A stretch of DNA of 64,000 nucleotides from Basidiobolus meristosporus CBS 931.73 (lineage: Eukaryota; Fungi; Basidiobolomycota). Made by a program: the position numbers and the translations under genes. This document shows positions 1-13,487 of this stretch, piece after piece. Position 1 is the first letter of the stretch. Every line of letters starts with the position of its first letter. Location of the stretch: positions 1 through 64,000 of the forward strand of contig MCFE01000276.1 in assembly GCA_002104905.1 (NCBI GenBank). Reading direction: 5' to 3'. Below the pieces are notes generated by a model, which searched no databases, had not been told where the DNA came from, and saw only the letters and a program-made list of their open reading frames with translations.

Positions 1-1304
1 AGCCGCCAATAACCTAGAAACATTGGAAGAGACTAAATCCAGCCTATCTAAGGAGTTCAAGATGTCCAATCTAGCAGAACTTAGTTATTACTTAGGGATT
101 AAGTTCTCCATAGACAGAAGTACCCAGACTATTACCCTAAGCCAATCCAAGTATATTCAAGATATACTAAAGAAGTACAAAATGGAAGACTGTAAACTGG
201 CAGCTACCCCAATGGAGACAAACCTTAGCTTGGTCAAAACTCATCCAAATCAAGAGAGCTTGGTGCCATCTGAAAGCCCTGACTTTCCTTATCAATCTGT
301 GGTTGGCAGCTTGATGAATATCATGCTTGGAACACGTCCAGATATCTCATATTCAGTGGGAGTTGTCAGCCAACATAATCAGAACTACAAATCTGATCAT
401 ATTGCAGCAGTTAAGTGGGTTTTTAAATACCTAAAAGGAACTGCTGATATCTGCTTAAGATACACTTATAAGAATTCAGAACAGGATCTTGTGGGATACT
501 CTGATGCTGATTGAGGAAAAAATTTAGAAGACAGAAGATCCACCACAGGATACAACTTTCTTTACTGTCAAGGAGCAATTTCATGGAATTCAAGAAAGCA
601 ACCAACCATAGCACTTTCTACCACAGAGGCAGAATATATGGCAGCCTGTGAAGCTACAAAAGAAGCAATGTGGCTAAGAAAGCTTTTTACATATTTAGGC
701 CTATGTCAAAAAACACCTATTACTTTATTTCAAGATAATCAAGGATGTATACAATTAGGTAGAAATCCAACTTTTCATGCTAGAACCAAGCAAATAGATA
801 TTAGACCTCTTTTCATACATGAAGCTATAGAGAACAACTTAGTTATCTTAGTTTACTGTCCTACAGATGAAATGATTGCAGACATATTTACCAAACCATT
901 AGCTAGAGACAAGTTTGAATATCTTAGGTCAAAATTAGGACTAGTCAGTAAGAACATTTAGCTGAGTGGGAGTGTTGTAAAAGTTTGTATTTCCATCTAA
1001 ATATTCACCTAACTTAGTCACTTTGATCATTACCTTCAAATCCTAGAGAATACTGACCAAATTCCTTGTTGGGATTTACTTAGAATATTTACCCAGAACA
1101 TAAAAATTTGATAAGTTGTCCAAACAGCCCCAAACTTTGCACACATGTTCTTGGGACCTTCCTTAACCTATTCTACATGTATGCTATGCCAAGACCATGT
1201 AAAAGTATAGATACTACTTTTACATTCAATAAATCATTAAGTGAAAACCACATAATCTACTTGTCCTCCAAATCACTCTCAATATTTCCAAGACACTTAC
1301 AACA
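1..1304 (+). mobile_element. 3' part of a Ty1/copia retrotransposon (family A): RT C-terminus, RNase H, PPT and 3' LTR; defective
   Basis: ORFs 23-514 and 638-961 share one frame and are separated by a TGA at 512-514 (YSDAD-W to stop). Copia motifs TRPDISYSVGVVSQ, ALSTTEAEYMAACEA and ADIFTKPL are present. PPT GAGTGGGAG precedes TGTTGTAA at 973. Confidence 0.93.
973..1304 (+). repeat. Copia family A LTR (3' LTR, ~332 bp)
   Basis: TGTTGTAA...TTACAACA termini; homologous to seven other LTR copies in the window (e.g. 35998-36346, 49791-50139). Confidence 0.9.
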
Positions 1305-2100
1305 ATTATATCCCAGATTCCACCACTGCACCAACCCACTGATCAAGGCCAGGAAGAGTACTCACCACACTGCATTGGGTTCCTGCTGGAGAATCATGCT
1401 TGGAAATCCAGATATCAAGAAGTTTGCTAATTATATCCTGCAGTCAGAAAGACCCAAGTTGGCCTATATGAAGTACTTGACAGATCTTTGGCTGCAATAT
1501 CTGAAGTGGCACACTCCCTTTATGATGAGTATCAGCCTGTATTGTATTCCCCTTATTAATGTGGTTGACAAGTCATTCTTACCATTCTTACTACCCCTCT
1601 TCCCACTGAACAGTGTCTTAAGCACTCAAGAGCTATCATTTCTTCCTGTTAACTTACCTACCAACTGCCCTCAGCTACACACTCTTGTATCAAAGCTACA
1701 ACAGTAGCGCTGGCTGCTTTGTTTCAACTGAAATAAAGATTTTACCTGTTGGTGACTGTCTCCCCCCCCTAACCCTGAATTCTGAATAAATTGGGGCACA
1801 TACATAACTTTGCGCATAATGTGAATGGATTAAATCAAGATTCCACCTAAGAATTTTTGGTGATTATGAGCACCTAATTAGAGTGAATACAGACATGCGT
1901 GTGTAAGCTCCAGGCCCTCCAAATAGCGAAGAAATGATGAGGTTGTACCAGTTCAAGAGATGTCCGTAAAACCTCGCCAGTCAGGGGACTGAGATAAATT
2001 TGTTGGCAACTCAAATGGCTCGCGTCATCATTTCAATGCATATTAAAACAGATATGGACTAGTTTTTTCTGTTTATTTGGATCAACAAGCCGGCGCACTT

Positions 2101-3530
2101 TCAAATCATATGCTCACCGTAACATACACCATTACCCCTAAACCTTCTTTTCACGCTCCTATAGGAATGAGCCAGTGCATGCTTAAACGTCCGTGGATTC
2201 CGCTTTCTGTAGAGATGGATGGCCCAAAGAAGTACAATGAATAGTAATATTTGCCAGAAATATAGCACCAAAAAATTGGGTCGATAGATGGACCACTTGT
2301 TGATGACGCACGTATCATCAACCTGTATTCCACTGGCATACTGTGGTTGTGGGTCCAATTGTGTGGTTGCAAAAGTCCAGAACTCCTCTGGGGTTGCCGA
2401 TGGGTGGTTTCTCTTGTACACGGCAATGTCTCGAGACACTCTACAGAGATTGCAATAACTACGCTTTGTCGGAGGTAGCGCGTCCAGGCCTTTCTTGCCA
2501 TAAAAATCCCACCCTTTGTGAAATGCATCCGTCAGCTTTACATCTTTTTTGTAGGAAAGTAGTTGCTCATATCGATGGGGGTTGGCAAGCAGGTTTTTAA
2601 GATATGTGGCCAGCTGCTTGGGATGTTCGAAGGAATTTACGTTGATGAATGCATTTTTGGTAGGAGCCACAAAGTCATACGTGGCAGGACCATCAACAAT
2701 AGGAACCGCCCCAGCTACGGAATAACAGACAATCGGATTTGAAATCAAGATTCCTGATTAGAACAAGGACTGGAGGGCGTGGCAACAGATAGTGTAATGA
2801 TGACGTATTGAAGATTACCTGCGATTGCATTTTCCAGTTTTTCGGTCACATAATCTTGGCAATTGCTGTTCTCCAGAGCTAAATAGAATTTGTAGTTCTG
2901 AATCACCTCGACAATGGGCTTGTCTATCATGTGGATTCATATCTGCTTTTAGTATCACTATGCGCCCATGGTAGTAGAAAGGAATTCACCTTTGGGCCAC
3001 TCCTTGTTGTTCATGCAGTGTCCGTAGATGTCGATGTCAATGTACTTCATGAGCTCCCGTACATAATAATGCCGCTTGTTCTTTGCTTTACAATTACTGA
3101 CAATCCATGCAATTGGTGCATGGTTGGTGCTATTTGCTCTGGGTATCTGAGGCCTCCGAACATAATCAAGCAGCTCTGCTCCGAAGTATGAAATGGGAAA
3201 ATGGGAGTCTCTTCGGTAAGTACTGCTGTACTCGAAATCCTTCAGCTTTCTAGCGTCTAATTGCCAAGGATCATTTACTGGTGCCTCCGCAGTATTTAGA
3301 ATCCAAGGAAGAGTTTTTATCGCCTTATCTCTGTATATTGGCGCTGGCAAGTCTCTGGGGTTATAGTCAGGTGCGTGAAATATAAGGAGTGACGTGCTGT
3401 TGATCTCCTCTCTGTTGTAAGTAAATGTACAAGTGTAGGGATATCCGCAATAATCCACGTTCTGGCCTTCCAGTATGGGCTCGCCAAAGAATTTGGTCCA
3501 ATAAAGAATACTGTAGTTCTCAGCCATCAT
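2101..3530 (-). CDS. GT10 alpha-1,3-fucosyltransferase-like protein (spliced; 5' exon unresolved, may extend to ~3700)
   Basis: GT10 motifs LLIFH, YRRDS, WIVSNC, IDIYGHC, YKFYLALENSNCQDYVTEKL and GAVPIV. Introns 2989-2924 and 2818-2715 (GT..AG) join the three ORFs in frame. Confidence 0.9.
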
Positions 3531-5566
3531 CCAGGTTTACGTTGGAGTAAGGGCAAAGCAAGGGCTTTTAACATCCGAAGTCACGCACCTGTGGGACACC
3601 TTGTGAAGTACCATACTTCATCAATCGTAATTGTCATTGGATTGTGTTCCAAGTCTTGCGCTGGTAGATACTGAGCTATTTATTTGGTATCCAGCCTCCT
3701 ACCATAAATAGATATCATTGAGGACATGTACTAATGGCTGCATTATTACAAACGGAAGGCTGGGGAAACAAAAAAACGATGGCCCCCAAATTGCCTCTAG
3801 AGCCTCCCCAGGGCGCTTCATGAGGCCCCCGAATCCCTACCAGCCAGCCAAGACAAAGTCAAGCCGAGATAAAAGGCGACTGTATAATCAGCCGAGCAAA
3901 CATAGAAAATTAAGTAGCATGTAACCATTACCGCATAGAAAATCCGATGGAATCGCCTATCCGTATCTATACATTACAGGTGTAATTCTGCTAATAAGGG
4001 AACTCCAGGCCCGAACCAGTTGCGACTCAAACATAGATTCAGTTGTGCCACCATTCACAAATCAGGTTCTAGTTTACCCTTCTAGCACTACAGGAGGGAT
4101 CAAAAAACACCGCCAATTGGATTTTGTCTCTATCAAACACAAATCCACTCCTCAAGTCCAAGTCAGAATACCTCAGGTAGTCATGGATCAGGTAACACTC
4201 CTTGGTATGGTATACAAGAAGTGCCAAGAGGTTACCTTATGCAGCTTACATTCATGGCAAACTGAGAATCACTTGCTTATGTAGCACAGATGATGATGAG
4301 TCTAATTATCATGGTTACAAGAAAGCCTCTAAAGAGCCTGCGGCCTGGATGCAGCAGCGCCCTGGTCGCCTCCATCGGAATTTCCTCTCGTGTCCACCTG
4401 GAAGAATGTAGCCATGGCAATCATGTTGCAACGAGGATTGGAATCGTTCCTAGAAAGCAAGAGACAAGAACCATGGTTGTCGTGTATGTAGAAGGGAATA
4501 AGTGGTACTGGTAAGTAAATGCTGATGATTCTCCACTTAAAAAGCCGCCAATATTTCATATAATCCACCATTTTGGTTACACCAAACCAAACCCTGCTGT
4601 ACGTATTTCGGCATTGAACTAGATACTCTTGCGGCTTGTGAACCCCTTGGTAAACTACGGATTTGTTGATTCGACTTTCCATCGGATCTAGATTCATTAA
4701 ATGTTCACATGGTTCGTTGGCTCAATACCAATTCATCCAATTAGTGTAGCGAAATAGAATCAAGTCACCCATGGCCTTATCACATGTTTGTGTAACTGGT
4801 ACTGTAGGTTGTTGGAGCATCCTTAGCCAGCTCTACTACGCGTAGTTATGAGCACCAATCAGATACCATCTAAAGTACTAAACAGTCTCACGTCTGGCCC
4901 ATGTCCCCAAGCATTATATTAGTAGCAGACGGGCAAAATCGATCGTTTTGGTTTGAGTTTATCTGTCAGAATGAGTTCTTGTGGAGAAGCATCTTTGGCT
5001 CATCTCAGGAGAATTACTAGACTTATCTTCCATTTAGAATGTGGAGAAATGAATCTGATCATGTGGTGAGCTACATAGATATTTCATACTCTAAATAACC
5101 TGATCTTGGAACCAATGCACCAAGGTGATGTGCGTAGACATCCAGCATCACTTCAAAGGCTTCGAATGTATTTAAGGGTGCTTCAGAAGAGTATCGCGAA
5201 CTCGTACTCCTTGCTGGATGGCCTTCCTAATTGTAACACCAACTAAACCAATGTTTGCTCTGTGACAGATTAGTAATGATGCATTTTCATACTGATTATC
5301 CTACCTTTGGCCCCTAGTGTAAGGATTTTATACAAAGGTAGATACCAGAATTAAGTGTATATGATCATGCCACTAATTCCTAACAGTCTGGAAATATTGA
5401 TATGATAAAGATGCTTCCAAGCTGACTTTCAGACCAAACACTTACACATATTTCTCAAGACACATTTTGTATCGAATTTCGCAAAGTTTACCTATGCGAA
5501 TTTATCAGTACCTTGGTTACTATGCCAACAAGCAAGAACCGGATTTGTACTTGTTTTGTAACTCTG

Positions 5567-6322
5567 TCAGGTTAACCCCGTTGTAGCAAAATATTGTAAT
5601 CCTATGTGAAATTCAATGTTTGAAACGGCGAACTCACTCATTGGGAATATTTTAGCTGGATTGCCTCCTGCACTGTTATCAATGGTAGTTATAATACCTA
5701 GTATAGATTCCCCGAACAACCTGACCGCAAAACGAACGTCAATAGAGATCAAACATTTGCTAAAGTCACGACTGCGGGAATGGAGGGCCAAGGATATGCT
5801 AAAGCATAGTAACGTAGGCTATACATAGGATCTCAATAAAACGACCATGTGTAAACTTGGGAACCAGTCGCCGGCAATTGCCAAACCTGGGATCAGATTG
5901 GTAGGCTTATTTGTACAAATATGAAGAGCTGAGGTTTGCAATCTTGTATATGAGGATATCACAGAGCCTTTCAGTATGATAGATTTATATGGATTACCAC
6001 ATTTAGGATCATTTTCCCCTTGGCACACCCTTGTGTCAGCTTGCCCTGCAAAAACATAACTCAAGAACCAAATCTTGGATTTTTGCCAATATGCTTTGGG
6101 CAAGGTGCATTGTGGATTCAAGACAAATAACAACACTGCTGAATCACCAAACAAGTTCAATGGTAATTTGGTGAAGCGTATGAAGGCAGCCAGTTGGAAC
6201 TTGGCAATTATCAGTTTGAGATAATAAGAGAGTAATAACACAACTGCAATGATTTGCTGTAGTGGCAGCAACATCAAGAGAATAGAATCTGCTATTTTAT
6301 TTACATCGATGTTAAACCCCAC
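5567..6322 (-). pseudogene. Possible degenerate multi-pass membrane protein ORF (~250 codons, one in-frame TAG at 5819-5821)
   Basis: ORFs 5819-6322 and 5567-5791 are in the same frame across a single stop and contain several hydrophobic stretches. No family recognised, and the start is a GTG abutting the upstream gene's stop. Confidence 0.25.
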
Positions 6323-7725
6323 TAAGAATTGCTAGTGGGTGCATACTTATGTAATTCCGGGTCGGTCAACAGCTTATCCATGTGTTCGCGCAGCATACTA
6401 GTCTGAATTGATATACTACCTTTCGCCCTACCCTCCACAAGCTTAAACACTCCGTCCATGATTGTTGGGATCTCACCAACAAAGCATGGCTTTTCGCAGT
6501 TCTCGAATACAACCGAATATAGATCGAATGATGTCCAAGACGTGGCAAATACGTCAGTGCCAAATATCACATTTGTTACCGGCTTTGCTGTATGGTTTAC
6601 GCTAATCCAATCGACGAAAGACCGAACGTATGCAGGGGTAATGTTGTTGATCGCCCGGCGAGAAAATGCGGCTATACGTGAAAGAGGAGAAGATCCTAGC
6701 TCCTGAGCAGTCATGGAATCCGTATGTGCATATGCTAGTACATTGCCAACATAATCTACCAGCATTCCATTATCAGTAAGAAATCACAGAATCTATGATA
6801 CATGCTCGTTCCAAAGGATTGAGCTCTACATACCAGATGTCAATGGTGGGGTAATCTTCTTTCGCACGTTACAAGAGTGTAGCATGGCGGTCTCAGTACT
6901 TGGCGGCAGCCCTCTAGCTCTTGTGATGAGTCGCCACATATGTGAGCATAGGGCATCGTTTGTACTGATCCAAGGAACGTCTTTATCGATTAGGTTCTGA
7001 GCATCTAACTTCATTGCTTCCAACTCTTTTGCGGAGAATTCGATTCGTTTGGCAGTACTAAGCAGTAGTTTTGGATACAACGTTGCGAAATCTGGTTCGT
7101 AGCCATCTGCTTTCCAGAGCGGCATTGTTGACGGGATAGGATTCCCCGAAGCACGGATTAGCGTACGATCCAGAACCGGTGGGGAGTACGGTTGGTTTGC
7201 GTGAATGTTTGCCCATTTTTTCATTAGAGCAGAATTGGTTTCGCCATCGCCCAGTTGATGGAACATCTCAGATACCAAAATAACTCCACCACAACGAAAG
7301 TAAGTGAGCTGTACTTGCCAAACGGGATCACTTGGATTAGTCCATTGAGTGCAGAGTCCTTTTGGATACTGGTCGTAGTCTCCAAAATCAAAGTCTTTCA
7401 GGGCCAGATCAGAATGAGCGACAACAAAAGAGACGCCTGCATCGTTGCAGTCTATGTACCACTTCTTGTCTTCTACGCTGGCCCTTCCTGCCATCAAAGG
7501 ATACTCCACCAACAACTTGGCCAAGGATGATTTCATTGCATCCGGATGCATGAAGTTTGGATCATTGTTGGCGTTTTCGTAGACAAACTGGAAGTGAAAT
7601 GAAATGACAGGCAGAACATTGTCGATAGGAGATAGAGCAATAACCTGAGGTTTAGAAGGGGAATCGGGCTTGATCAGTACGGCTGGCTGATGCGAGACGC
7701 GATTGCTAAGATCTGAGACGGCCAT
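6322..7725 (-). CDS. BAHD/transferase-family CoA-dependent acyltransferase (2 exons)
   Basis: YPLMAGR, QVQLTYFRCGG, HxxxD (HQLGD), STNDALCSHMW. Intron 6833-6756 gives PPLTSDYVGN. Start taken at ATG 7725. Confidence 0.88.
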
Positions 7726-9926
7726 TAAATGCAATTTCGATCGGGAGACCGTGGTGGTGGTTTTCGCGGGACAAGCCACGCTTAAATATTCCTGAGAACC
7801 GAAGCCTTTTCAGTTGCTGATGAGCGACATGGTGAATTACCCATACATTGGTCGGTTGAAGACCTCCCTGTCACACATCGGGCGCTTGACAGTAAATGTT
7901 TCTCCGCTTCCCGATAAGCAACTGTCATGATTTCTGTTTCTGACATGGATTACGGCTTTGCCTACCCTGGATTAACTGCAAGCGGAAGAGCTCGGATATA
8001 TTGGTGTTGCCTTAAATAGATGTTGCCGGTTGGAAATGGTAAGATATGCGTGGTGCTCGGAAGCTGGCAGTTTTTTGTTCCTTACCATTTGTTATCAGTA
8101 GGAATCTCATGTGCACCATGCTTGCTCAAGGTGGTAAATCTAATGCTGGCCTTGCCGCATAACCAAGTGTATGGCTAGAGCTTACAATTTAGGCACGCCC
8201 CATAAGTGTGCATATGCGTGAGTATGGAGACCTTTTCGAGAGAGTGTATCAATCTGTACAGACTTTGACCATCCTTGTGTTGGGCCGGCCATGCCTAGCA
8301 CTTCATTTTGGAACAAGTGAGCTCGAGATGGCGGCCGTACCTGACCCCAAACACTACTACATTGGTGTCGCTCTACTCCCTTGTGACTATGGCTCGTTTC
8401 TCGAAGCGCACTTAGTGACCTCGAACTGGCATGCAGAGTTCCCAACAGCACGTGCCATGCTTGCTCAGCACTAACCAAACGGCCCAGTGGATTTCCCCGC
8501 ACGATATCAACCATTAACATGAATGAATTTCTCTGGCTCTCGCATACCCCTAGATGATCGATCTACTGGAATGCACAATTATCATCCAGATGCTACCACT
8601 GCGCTGATTGGTTGTAACCATTGTACCAAACCACAGTTTCCCAGATTGCTTGTCATGTCGAGGTCTAGGATTTTATTGAGCCGATGATTAGATCAAGATA
8701 GCCCCTGCGGAAGCCCATTCGAAATAATACCCCACCCGAGTTGACTGTGGAGGAGTTGAAGAAAGCTAGCCACGGGGCTCTGTAGTTCATGTGCTCAGTG
8801 CGTTCATCGGTCAGATATATGAGTGGAAAGTGCAGATCCGACTTTTAAGACCGCCGCATAGAGCCGAAAAGATGTAACCAGCCGCCGCAATGATGACATC
8901 CGGCTCAGCAAAAGCAGATGCGACACCAGAATGCAACTTGGCCCACAGATGCGCATGGTGCTGGACCATGGACGGAACGGCGATAGGCTGATTAATATGA
9001 TATGAAACTCCATAGCCTTTGTGTCGTTTTCAATAGTAAGCAGAGACTCAGTTTACAGGCACCATCAGGATATCTAATCTATTCGGCAACTGCCGTTGAT
9101 ATTCCCCACCTTGGCCCATTTATCACACCATGTGAGATTGAGGCAATAAGGTGGCCAAGTGGGTTGCGAGCTCGGGGTCCAACTCATTGAGCCTGCTTCC
9201 TTATCCTCCTCACCCCTTTCGTGCAATTCAGAAGAGTTCAGTGCTGACAAGGCGGAGCCATCCACCTCACACTTGACTATGGTCACACATACGAAGGCCT
9301 GCACGAGATGTTAAAGCCGTTAGCCAACCGCCGACTTGTGAGTACAAGCTATCCCCGCTGCTGCAGGATCACAGCACACCCACCCACTTTGGACCTCACG
9401 CAGAAGGCGATTTTCCTACTGACAATATCTCGGTATCACAGACTCCGGCGGTACACATGATGCTGTACATGAATGCAACAATTGAGCAATATCGTGTTGT
9501 TATCAATCAAGTGCGGAGAGGTGGATCAAGGGCAGCAGCATATTTTATTTGGATCTGAAGAACCACTTATTTCAGCCATCTCAAACAAGTACAGCCAAAA
9601 ATCCATCACTGCGTATGGTCGCAAGTCACCACGACATCCGATCAATTCGATTGCTACAAAATTATCGATAGAGTTTCATTTCAAATAATCAGTTTCATGC
9701 AATGAATCCTTGATTTGAGCAAGTGCATTTATTGCAGACATGGAAGTGGTATTTATTAACTGATGGGTCATCACCAGTACATATCTCCTTACGAGGTTGG
9801 CAAGCTTCGCTAGGGTTAGCTTGGTATCTCTGAAAGCGAATTTTCTTGTTTGGCTTGACCCCTACGACCGTAAGAACCTTACCATCCACCACCTATTGCT
9901 CAGTCACGTAGAGCCTTTCCCACCGC

Positions 9927-12142
9927 ATGGATTCAACGGACAATAGCGGGGCAGGCTCTGAGATAGGAAATACTGCAGTATGGTTTGCAGGTTTCTTCTC
10001 CATCCTGGCAACAGGTATATCTTTTTTCTGCATGTGGAGTCACCTAAAAAATTACGCTCGGCCGGTCAGTGAACTATTCAGCTGCGCATTTCTTCGTGGG
10101 CAACTACCCTAACCTGAACTTCTAGAACCTACAACGTAACGTATTGAGGATAATATGGATGTAAGCAGGAACCATACTCCACCTTCAATTATCCTTGCTT
10201 ATTCTGATGTTACATAGGATTCCAGTCTATGCCATCTCTTCCTGGATTTCGCTGCATTCCTTAGAAATTGCCTTCTACGTTGATGCTCTACGAGACGTCT
10301 ACGAGGTATGGATTTCGTACAAGCATTTGTGTGGACCAATTCCTAATGTTTCCCATATGTAGGCATTCGTACTATACTGCTTCTTCAATTTGCTAGTGAA
10401 CTATCTAGGAGGAGAGCGGGAATTACTGAGCTTGTTACACGGCCGTAAGCCCGCCAAGCATATGTGGCCTGTCAATTGGTGGTCGAAAGAGATAGATGTA
10501 CGGTTTGTTGCTTAGCCAATAGCTTCAAGGCTACACACTAATGTTAAGCATATGCCATCAGATCGGTGATCCGTATAATTTCCTGTTTGTGAAGGTAAGC
10601 GCTAGCTACCAGCCAGACTACAGTTTGGATGTTACTGACATCGGATTGGGGTTAGCGCGGGATACTACAGTATGTATACGTTAAGCCTGTGTTAGCCGTG
10701 GCCACAATGGCACTGAAGGTGTGTAATAACTTCAATGAGGGTGATCTCTCAATGACCTCTGGCTACTTCTGGGTCTCCTTTGTGTACAACTTAAGCGTAT
10801 GCTTGAGCCTATATTGTCTTGTTTTATTTTTTATGGCCGCACAGGAGGATTTGAAGCCATACCGGTTCGTATATTAGACTCCGTAATCGAGCTACCGTCC
10901 TGGTGCCACTTGTGCTTACCTCTAATCCACAGGCCCTTCCCCAAGTTTATTTGTGTCAAATCAGTGATCTTCTTTTCATTCTGGCAAGGCTTGGGAATCT
11001 CGATCCTGGTCATGCTGGGGATCATTCGAGGAAGTACGCCTCTTGATTCTACTATGCGCGCCTTTCATTGTTTAACGGGCTCTTGGTCTGCATTCTATAG
11101 CTGATAATTTCAACGCCGACCAACTCGCCGTTGCCATCCAGGACTTTTTAATCTGCTTTGAAATGGTCTTTGCCGCCATCGGACACTGGTGGGAGCCTTA
11201 ATGCGACCTTCCACATCTAGCGCCTCGACTAACCCAGCTACAACATTTTTTAGGCATTCGTTTACGTATAAAGACTACAATAATTACGACCTTCATTTTG
11301 GTCGGATGACTCTTTCACATGCCATTCGTGACGCACTAGGTTTGCGCGATATCATTCAGGATTCACTTGAGACTTACTCCGGGGAGCGATTTAATTACCG
11401 TGCTTTCGAGCCAGCAGAAGGCATTGTGCCAGAAGGACCTAGTCGAAACCAGCGAATCCTGGCGGGCCTTCGATATGTTGATGGGGGACAGACCAAATAT
11501 TGGATTCCTACACCTGAACCGGGGTCCAAGACAGCCTTGTACCTATCACAAAATCAATGCGAGCATGACAATATTAGCCTGGAATTTCCGGATATCCACG
11601 ACCCAGAAAACTCCGAGGACTATTACGAGGCAGCTCGACAGTTAGTCCATGGTGACTATAACTACCCCATTATTACTGTTTCTTCACCAACCCACCAACC
11701 AAATGAGAATCAAAGTATCAAGGGCAAAAGAGTGTTTGCCTCGTATGCGGCTACGGAACCTTCATCAGATGATCTCAATAGCCCTGGCGTTAACCCACAC
11801 ATCGAGCGCCATGATGACAGTTGCAAAACAAACTTCAACAAGGGCACGTTTGGGTCTGCAGAATCACCAGAGTTTCTGGGAAATCCCAGTGGAAGACGCA
11901 TAGAACAAGGAGGGCACATCTCCGCAGAACAGGCGAACTGTACAGAAGCAACTCTACAATCTGGCGATCTGGCACACTTGGAAGAACTGGCAACTTGTTC
12001 TGCTGTTGCCCAGTCAGGTACCAACATTGGCAGTCCTCACGTGCTTCATAAATCACGCTCCTCTATTGATTCCCTGGGTGGCTGGTATAAGCAGGCTGTA
12101 GTAACAGGCAGCCGCTCGAGTTTGGGCAATCCCTGGTCCTGA
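9927..12142 (+). CDS. TMEM184/OST-alpha (DUF300) organic solute transporter family protein, about 9 exons
   Basis: Spliced motifs HLKNYARP, IPVYAISSW, RDVYEAF, GILQYVYVKP, KFICVKSVIFFSFWQG and IQDFLICFEM, joined by short GT-AG introns. Confidence 0.92.
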
Positions 12143-13487
12143 AGCCTTTCACGCTTGGTTCTGTGGCAAGGGACTGCTTAAAATTGGCCCGTATTGTTGA
12201 TTAACTATCGTTGGTGGTTACCTTGGTATTCTCGCTTATGCATGGACCAAAGCCGAATCATTGATCCATATGAGGAATCCATAGTTGACCTTACATGCAA
12301 TCGTCTGCCCAAGATGGTTATTGGACGTTTGCACACAATTGATGAGCTCGAAACCTTTTCCCTGATGGCCAATGGTCAGCCAGCAAGGCATGATTTATAA
12401 AAGCCGAATTTTTCTTGCCAATGCATATTTTGCTGTGGGTTGGTTTCAAGGCAAGAGCTGGCGATTTAGGCTCCACAGGTAGTGTGCTGTAGTAAGAAGT
12501 GGGTGGTTGTGTGAGCCGAGCGTTTGGGGAATATATATCGCAGGATCGGAGTTGGACCCCACAGTGGACCAACCAGAGGGCCTGGCCATCTGGTGCATAG
12601 ATATGGATGGGATACGTCGATGGGTGTCATGTTCTGAAACCGTCGACACGTGATCCCAAGGATTTATCTAATTGACCAGCTGCATACGGCCTGCACACTG
12701 CAAGTGCTGGGCGCAGTGGTGGTAGGAAGCACCCGTCACCCAGCGTGTTCCTAAAAGACCATTGCCATTTTCATCCAAATTAGCACGCCCCAGAATCTCA
12801 TCAACGGCAGGCAGATTAGAGACGCTGCCAGAGCTAGACTAGGTGTCTCATGGACGCGAGCTCGAGTGATCCGCAGGAACAAAACGAAGCGAAGAGCCTT
12901 AAGAAACCTTATTCAGATCTGGGAATCCAGTAGCATCATCGATCCGAGCTCTAGCTGGACATGAGGAGTGGATCGAATCCAAGTTTGATTATGAACCAGC
13001 TGCAGGCAATTGGAGTGTAATGGTTATGAAATTTCCAAAAATGTTAAGATTCGGGACTATTTCAGTCTAAACGAAATGATAAATATTCAAGGCGGTTGCG
13101 CTTAGATTGGTTCCTGTTCAAGAGAATCGATTTCTCATTTAATTTAAAATGACCGCCGATATTAGTTGGGCCTCTTATACTAAATAGATTTGATGGTTAT
13201 TTGAGCCATTCACCCCGACCCGATTGTTGAACTCCATCTTTCTCTTTTTCTCCTTCGAGTCCTTGCCCACTAGCGACCCCACTCCACTTGATACATTTCT
13301 GTGACCATAACTCAGTGTTGAGCCTAGTGAAGCGATTCCCATTCTTTCTAACCGGCCATTCGAAGCATTTGTCAGCAATACTGGCCCTCTCTTTCTTTCT
13401 CTGAATTCTACCCAACATACTTCCCCTGGTGCTACACAGCAGGCTATTCACACCGCAGGAAGTTCATATAAAACAAAGCCAACTACC

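Noticed and set aside
1108-1707. 199-aa ORF starting inside the LTR
   Set aside because: It begins at a TTG within LTR sequence and runs into CpG-free repeat DNA with no domain; likely a chance open frame.
3900-5550. Short ORFs and intron-like signals between GT10 and the acyltransferase
   Set aside because: No recognisable domain or coherent frame.
7800-9900. Several 60-110 aa ORFs on both strands
   Set aside because: No motif, mutually overlapping, and no exon chain could be built.
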